11,577 bases of DNA from Sulfurihydrogenibium sp. (GTDB taxonomy: Bacteria; Aquificota; Aquificia; Aquificales; Hydrogenothermaceae): contig JBBIPN010000043.1 of the NCBI GenBank assembly GCA_037442825.1, positions 1 through 11,577 on the forward strand, given 5' to 3'. This document shows positions 8,407-11,577 of this stretch, in pieces. The translations under genes and the position numbers were made by a program. Every line of letters starts with the position of its first letter. The first letter of the stretch is position 1. Under the pieces are notes generated by a model that saw only the letters and a program-made list of their open reading frames with translations, was not told where the DNA came from and ran no database searches.

Positions 8407-8811
8407 GTGCCAACTATTAACCAATTGGTTAGAAAAGGTAGAGAGAAAGTTGAGAAAAAATCTAAAGCTCCTGCTTTACAAGGAAACCCGCAAAAAAGGG
8501 GGGTGTGTGTTCGTGTATATACAACAACACCTAAGAAGCCAAACTCTGCATTAAGGAAAGTTGCAAGGGTTAGACTGTCTAATGGATACGAAGTTACATG
8601 TTACATACCTGGTATAGGACATAACCTCCAAGAACACTCAATAGTATTGGTGAGAGGTGGAAGGGTTAAAGACTTACCTGGTGTAAGATATAAAATTATT
8701 CGTGGTGCTCTTGATGCTGCTGGTGTTAAAGATAGAAAGCAATCTCGTTCTAAGTATGGTGCTAAAAGACCTAAACCAGGTCAAGCAGCAGCTGCTGGTA
8801 AGAAAAAGTAA
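8407..8811 (+). CDS. rpsL: 30S ribosomal protein S12 (uS12)
   Basis: [45 protein letters not shown] and RSKYG motifs; GTG start; 134 aa. Confidence 0.99.
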   Translation: MPTINQLVRKGREKVEKKSKAPALQGNPQKRGVCVRVYTTTPKKPNSALRKVARVRLSNGYEVTCYIPGIGHNLQEHSIVLVRGGRVKDLPGVRYKIIRGALDAAGVKDRKQSRSKYGAKRPKPGQAAAAGKKK

Positions 8812-8820
8812 TTAAATTTT

Positions 8821-8830
8821 AAGGAGAGGT
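8821..8830 (+). promoter_or_regulatory. Shine-Dalgarno site for rpsG
   Basis: AAGGAGAGGT (overlapping AAGGAG and GAGGT), 6 nt before the ATG at 8837. Confidence 0.8.
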
Positions 8831-8836
8831 AAAGAA

Positions 8837-9316
8837 ATGCCAAGAAAAGGAACTGTAAAACCAAGAGAGATTATGCCAGATCCAATTTATAGAGACGTGT
8901 TAGTTCATAAACTAATCAATAAAGTTATGGTTGATGGTAAGAAATCAACAGCAGAAAAGATTGTATATGGTGCTATGCAAATTTTGGCTGAAAAAACAGG
9001 AGAACAACCTTTAGAAGCTTTACATAAAGCAATAGAAAATATAAAACCTATTTTAGAAGTTAGACCAAGAAGGGTAGGAGGTGCAACTTACCAAGTACCT
9101 ATGGAAGTACCTCCAAGAAGACAAATATCTCTTGCACTAAGATGGTTGGTTGAAGCTGCAAGAAACAAAAGTGGTAAAGGTAACTACACAATGTTAGAAA
9201 AGTTATCAAATGAACTTTTAGATGCATACCACAATAAAGGAAATGCAATTAAGAAGAGAGAAGATACACATAGAATGGCTGAAGCAAATAAAGCTTTCTC
9301 TCACTATAAATGGTAA
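8837..9316 (+). CDS. rpsG: 30S ribosomal protein S7 (uS7)
   Basis: [28 protein letters not shown] and [21 protein letters not shown] motifs; position between rpsL and fusA. Confidence 0.99.
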   Translation: MPRKGTVKPREIMPDPIYRDVLVHKLINKVMVDGKKSTAEKIVYGAMQILAEKTGEQPLEALHKAIENIKPILEVRPRRVGGATYQVPMEVPPRRQISLALRWLVEAARNKSGKGNYTMLEKLSNELLDAYHNKGNAIKKREDTHRMAEANKAFSHYKW

Positions 9317-9352
9317 TTAAAAATAAAAATTTAAATTAAAATCAGAAATTTT

Positions 9353-9357
9353 GGAGG
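9353..9357 (+). promoter_or_regulatory. Shine-Dalgarno site for fusA
   Basis: GGAGG, 10 nt upstream of the ATG at 9368. Confidence 0.8.
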
Positions 9358-9367
9358 AAAATAAAAA

Positions 9368-11449
9368 ATGCCAAGGCAAGTACAAATAGAAAAATTAAGA
9401 AACATTGGAATTGTAGCACATATAGATGCAGGTAAAACTACAACTACAGAAAGAATACTATTTTATACTGGAAAAACTTATAAAATTGGAGAGGTCCATG
9501 AAGGTGCTGCTACCATGGACTGGATGGAACAAGAAAAAGAGAGAGGAATTACAATAACAGCAGCAACAACAGCAGCATACTGGAAAGGATACCAGCTTAA
9601 CATAATTGATACACCAGGGCACGTAGACTTTGGTGTTGAAGTTGTAAGGTCTATGAAAGCTCTTGATGGAATAGTTTTTGTATTTGCATCAGTTGAAGGA
9701 GTACAACCACAGTCAGAAGCAAACTGGAGATGGGCTGATAGATTTGGTGTTCCAAGGATTGCTTTTGTTAACAAAATGGATAGAGTTGGTGCAAACTTTT
9801 TTGGTGTATACGAAGATATAAAAAAGAAACTTGGAGCAAACCCTGTACCAATACAGATACCTATAGGTGCTGAAGATAGTTTTGTTGGAGTAGTTGACTT
9901 ATTTAAAATTAAAGCTATTGTTTGGGAAGGTGATGAGTTAGGTGCTAAATTCTCTGAAAAAGATGTTCCAGCTGAATTAGTAGATTTAGCTAATGAATGG
10001 CGTGAAAAAATGATAGAGGCTATTGTTGAAACAGATGAATCTCTTATGGAAAAGTATTTTGCTGGAGAAGAAATATCTGTTGATGAACTTAAAAAAGCAT
10101 TAAGAAAAGCAACAATAGAAAGGAAGCTTGTTCCTATGTTATGTGGAACAGCATTTAAAAATAAAGGCATTCAACCTATGTTAGATGCGGTTATAGATTT
10201 CTTACCTTCACCTATAGATTTACCACCTGTTAAAGGAACTAACCCGGCTACAGGAGTGGAAGAAGAAAGAAAACCTACTGACGATGAACCTTTCTGTGCT
10301 TTAGCATTTAAAGTTATGTCTGACCCATATGCTGGACAGTTAACATACTTTAGGGTATATTCTGGTGTTGTTAAGGCTGGACAAACAATATATGTATCCA
10401 ATAAAGGCAAAAAGGAAAGAATAGGTAGAATATTAAGAATGCATGCAAACCAAAGGGAAGAGATAACAGAAGTTTACGCAGGAGATATTGCTGCTGCTGT
10501 TGGTGTAGATGCAACAACAGGAGATACACTTTGTGAAGAAAAAACTCCTATTATCTTAGAAAAGATGGAATTCCCAGAACCTGTTATTGCAATGGCTATA
10601 GAACCAAAAACAAAATCAGACCAAGAAAAGTTATCTCAAGTTTTAAATAAATTTATGAAAGAAGACCCAACATTTAAAGTTTCTGTAGATCCAGAAACAA
10701 ACCAAACGTTAATACATGGAATGGGTGAACTACACTTAGAGATTATCATAGATAGAATGAAGAGAGAACATAAATTAGAAGTTAATGTAGGTAAACCTCA
10801 AGTTGCATACAAAGAAACAATCAAGAAAAAAGCTACTGCAGAAGGTAAATTTATTAGACAGTCTGGTGGTAGAGGTCAGTACGGTCACGTATGGATTGAT
10901 ATAGAACCAAACCAAGAAAAAGAATATGAGTTTGTAGATAAAATTGTTGGTGGTATTATACCAAAAGAATTTATACCAGCTGTAGATGAAGGTATAAAAG
11001 AATCTATGAACCAAGGTGTTGTAGCTGGATATCCAGTTATAAATGTTAAAGCTACTTTATTTGATGGTTCTTTCCACGAAGTAGACTCTTCTGAAATAGC
11101 ATTTAAGATTGCAGCTTCTATGGCATTTAGAGATGCTATGAAAAAAGCAGATCCAGCACTACTTGAACCAATTATGCACGTGGAAGTAGATACACCAGAA
11201 GAGTATATGGGTGATGTTATGGGAGACCTTAACAGAAGAAGAGGAAGAATCCTTGGTATGGAAAAGAGAGGAAATACTCAAACAATCAAAGCTGAAGTTC
11301 CACTTGCAGAAATGTTTGGATACGCAACAGACTTAAGGTCATTGACACAAGGTAGAGCAACCTTTGTTATGACTTTTGCAAGATATGAAGAAGTACCAAG
11401 ACATATAGCTGAACAAGTTGCTAGTGCAAGAAATAAAGCAAATGCTTAA
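9368..11449 (+). CDS. fusA: Elongation factor G
   Basis: G1 [10 protein letters not shown]2 ERGITIT, G3 DTPGH, G4 [29 protein letters not shown] and [12 protein letters not shown]; 693 aa. Confidence 0.99.
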   Translation: MPRQVQIEKLRNIGIVAHIDAGKTTTTERILFYTGKTYKIGEVHEGAATMDWMEQEKERGITITAATTAAYWKGYQLNIIDTPGHVDFGVEVVRSMKALDGIVFVFASVEGVQPQSEANWRWADRFGVPRIAFVNKMDRVGANFFGVYEDIKKKLGANPVPIQIPIGAEDSFVGVVDLFKIKAIVWEGDELGAKFSEKDVPAELVDLANEWREKMIEAIVETDESLMEKYFAGEEISVDELKKALRKATIERKLVPMLCGTAFKNKGIQPMLDAVIDFLPSPIDLPPVKGTNPATGVEEERKPTDDEPFCALAFKVMSDPYAGQLTYFRVYSGVVKAGQTIYVSNKGKKERIGRILRMHANQREEITEVYAGDIAAAVGVDATTGDTLCEEKTPIILEKMEFPEPVIAMAIEPKTKSDQEKLSQVLNKFMKEDPTFKVSVDPETNQTLIHGMGELHLEIIIDRMKREHKLEVNVGKPQVAYKETIKKKATAEGKFIRQSGGRGQYGHVWIDIEPNQEKEYEFVDKIVGGIIPKEFIPAVDEGIKESMNQGVVAGYPVINVKATLFDGSFHEVDSSEIAFKIAASMAFRDAMKKADPALLEPIMHVEVDTPEEYMGDVMGDLNRRRGRILGMEKRGNTQTIKAEVPLAEMFGYATDLRSLTQGRATFVMTFARYEEVPRHIAEQVASARNKANA

Positions 11450-11456
11450 AATAACC

Positions 11457-11463
11457 AGGAGGT
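11457..11463 (+). promoter_or_regulatory. Shine-Dalgarno site for tuf
   Basis: AGGAGGT, 9 nt upstream of the ATG at 11473. Confidence 0.9.
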
Positions 11464-11472
11464 AAAGAATAG

Positions 11473-11577
11473 ATGGCAAAAGAAAAGTTTGTTAGAGGGA
11501 AAGAGCACCTAAACGTAGGTACAATAGGGCACGTAGACCACGGGAAGACAACACTAACAGCAGCGATAACATACGTA
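11473..11577 (+). CDS. tuf: Elongation factor Tu, 3'-truncated by the window edge (absent from the ORF track)
   Basis: Manual translation gives [35 protein letters not shown], containing the EF-Tu P-loop GHVDHGKT. Strong SD and canonical position after fusA. Confidence 0.98.
   Translation, partial: MAKEKFVRGKEHLNVGTIGHVDHGKTTLTAAITYV

Noticed and set aside
8491..8510. A6-G6-(TG)n simple-sequence run in rpsL as a phase-variation or frameshift site
   Set aside because: It encodes the conserved QKRGVCV, the frame is intact, there is no in-frame X_XXY_YYZ heptamer, and the gene is essential.
9317..9367. AT-rich rpsG-fusA spacer with repeated TAAAA/TTAAA words as a promoter or repeat
   Set aside because: It is low-complexity AT sequence with no convincing -35/-10 pair or stable hairpin.
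9478..11014. Minus-strand ORFs antisense to fusA, including a 230-aa ORF abutting a 79-aa ORF
   Set aside because: Long antisense frames are a common by-product of codon bias in highly expressed genes. No domain-like features or expression signals were seen.
1..11577. CRISPR array, tRNA/rRNA, IS element or novel accessory system
   Set aside because: Nearly all of the window is core coding sequence. The five intergenic gaps are 23-117 bp and are accounted for by SD sites, hairpins and a promoter. No spaced direct repeats or transposase-like ORFs were seen.

Overview
This is a core housekeeping region, AT-rich, with all genes on the + strand: 5'-truncated rpoB, rpoC, rpsL, rpsG, fusA and the first 35 codons of tuf. 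It is the RNA polymerase beta/beta' locus running directly into the str operon. The protein signatures (large beta/beta' insertions, the S7 insertion, the EF-G switch II variant and the EF-Tu N-terminus) and low GC look like Aquificota, possibly Hydrogenothermaceae (Sulfurihydrogenibium-like); this is an inference from recalled sequences, not a search result. I found no mobile element, CRISPR array, RNA gene, intein or accessory system, and I cannot support a new multi-gene system here. The points of interest lie inside RNA polymerase: (1) a natural Ala at the position equivalent to E. coli beta D446 in the CRE pocket, with changes in fork loop 2 and the bridge helix; (2) a beta' insertion that appears to duplicate the adjacent clamp segment; (3) a tandemly duplicated jaw SBHM module; (4) a His/Cys-rich mini-insert inside SI3. 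The intergenic regions hold a terminator-like hairpin between rpoB and rpoC and a compact terminator/palindrome/promoter cassette before rpsL. E. coli numbering comes from manual alignment to remembered sequence and should be verified.
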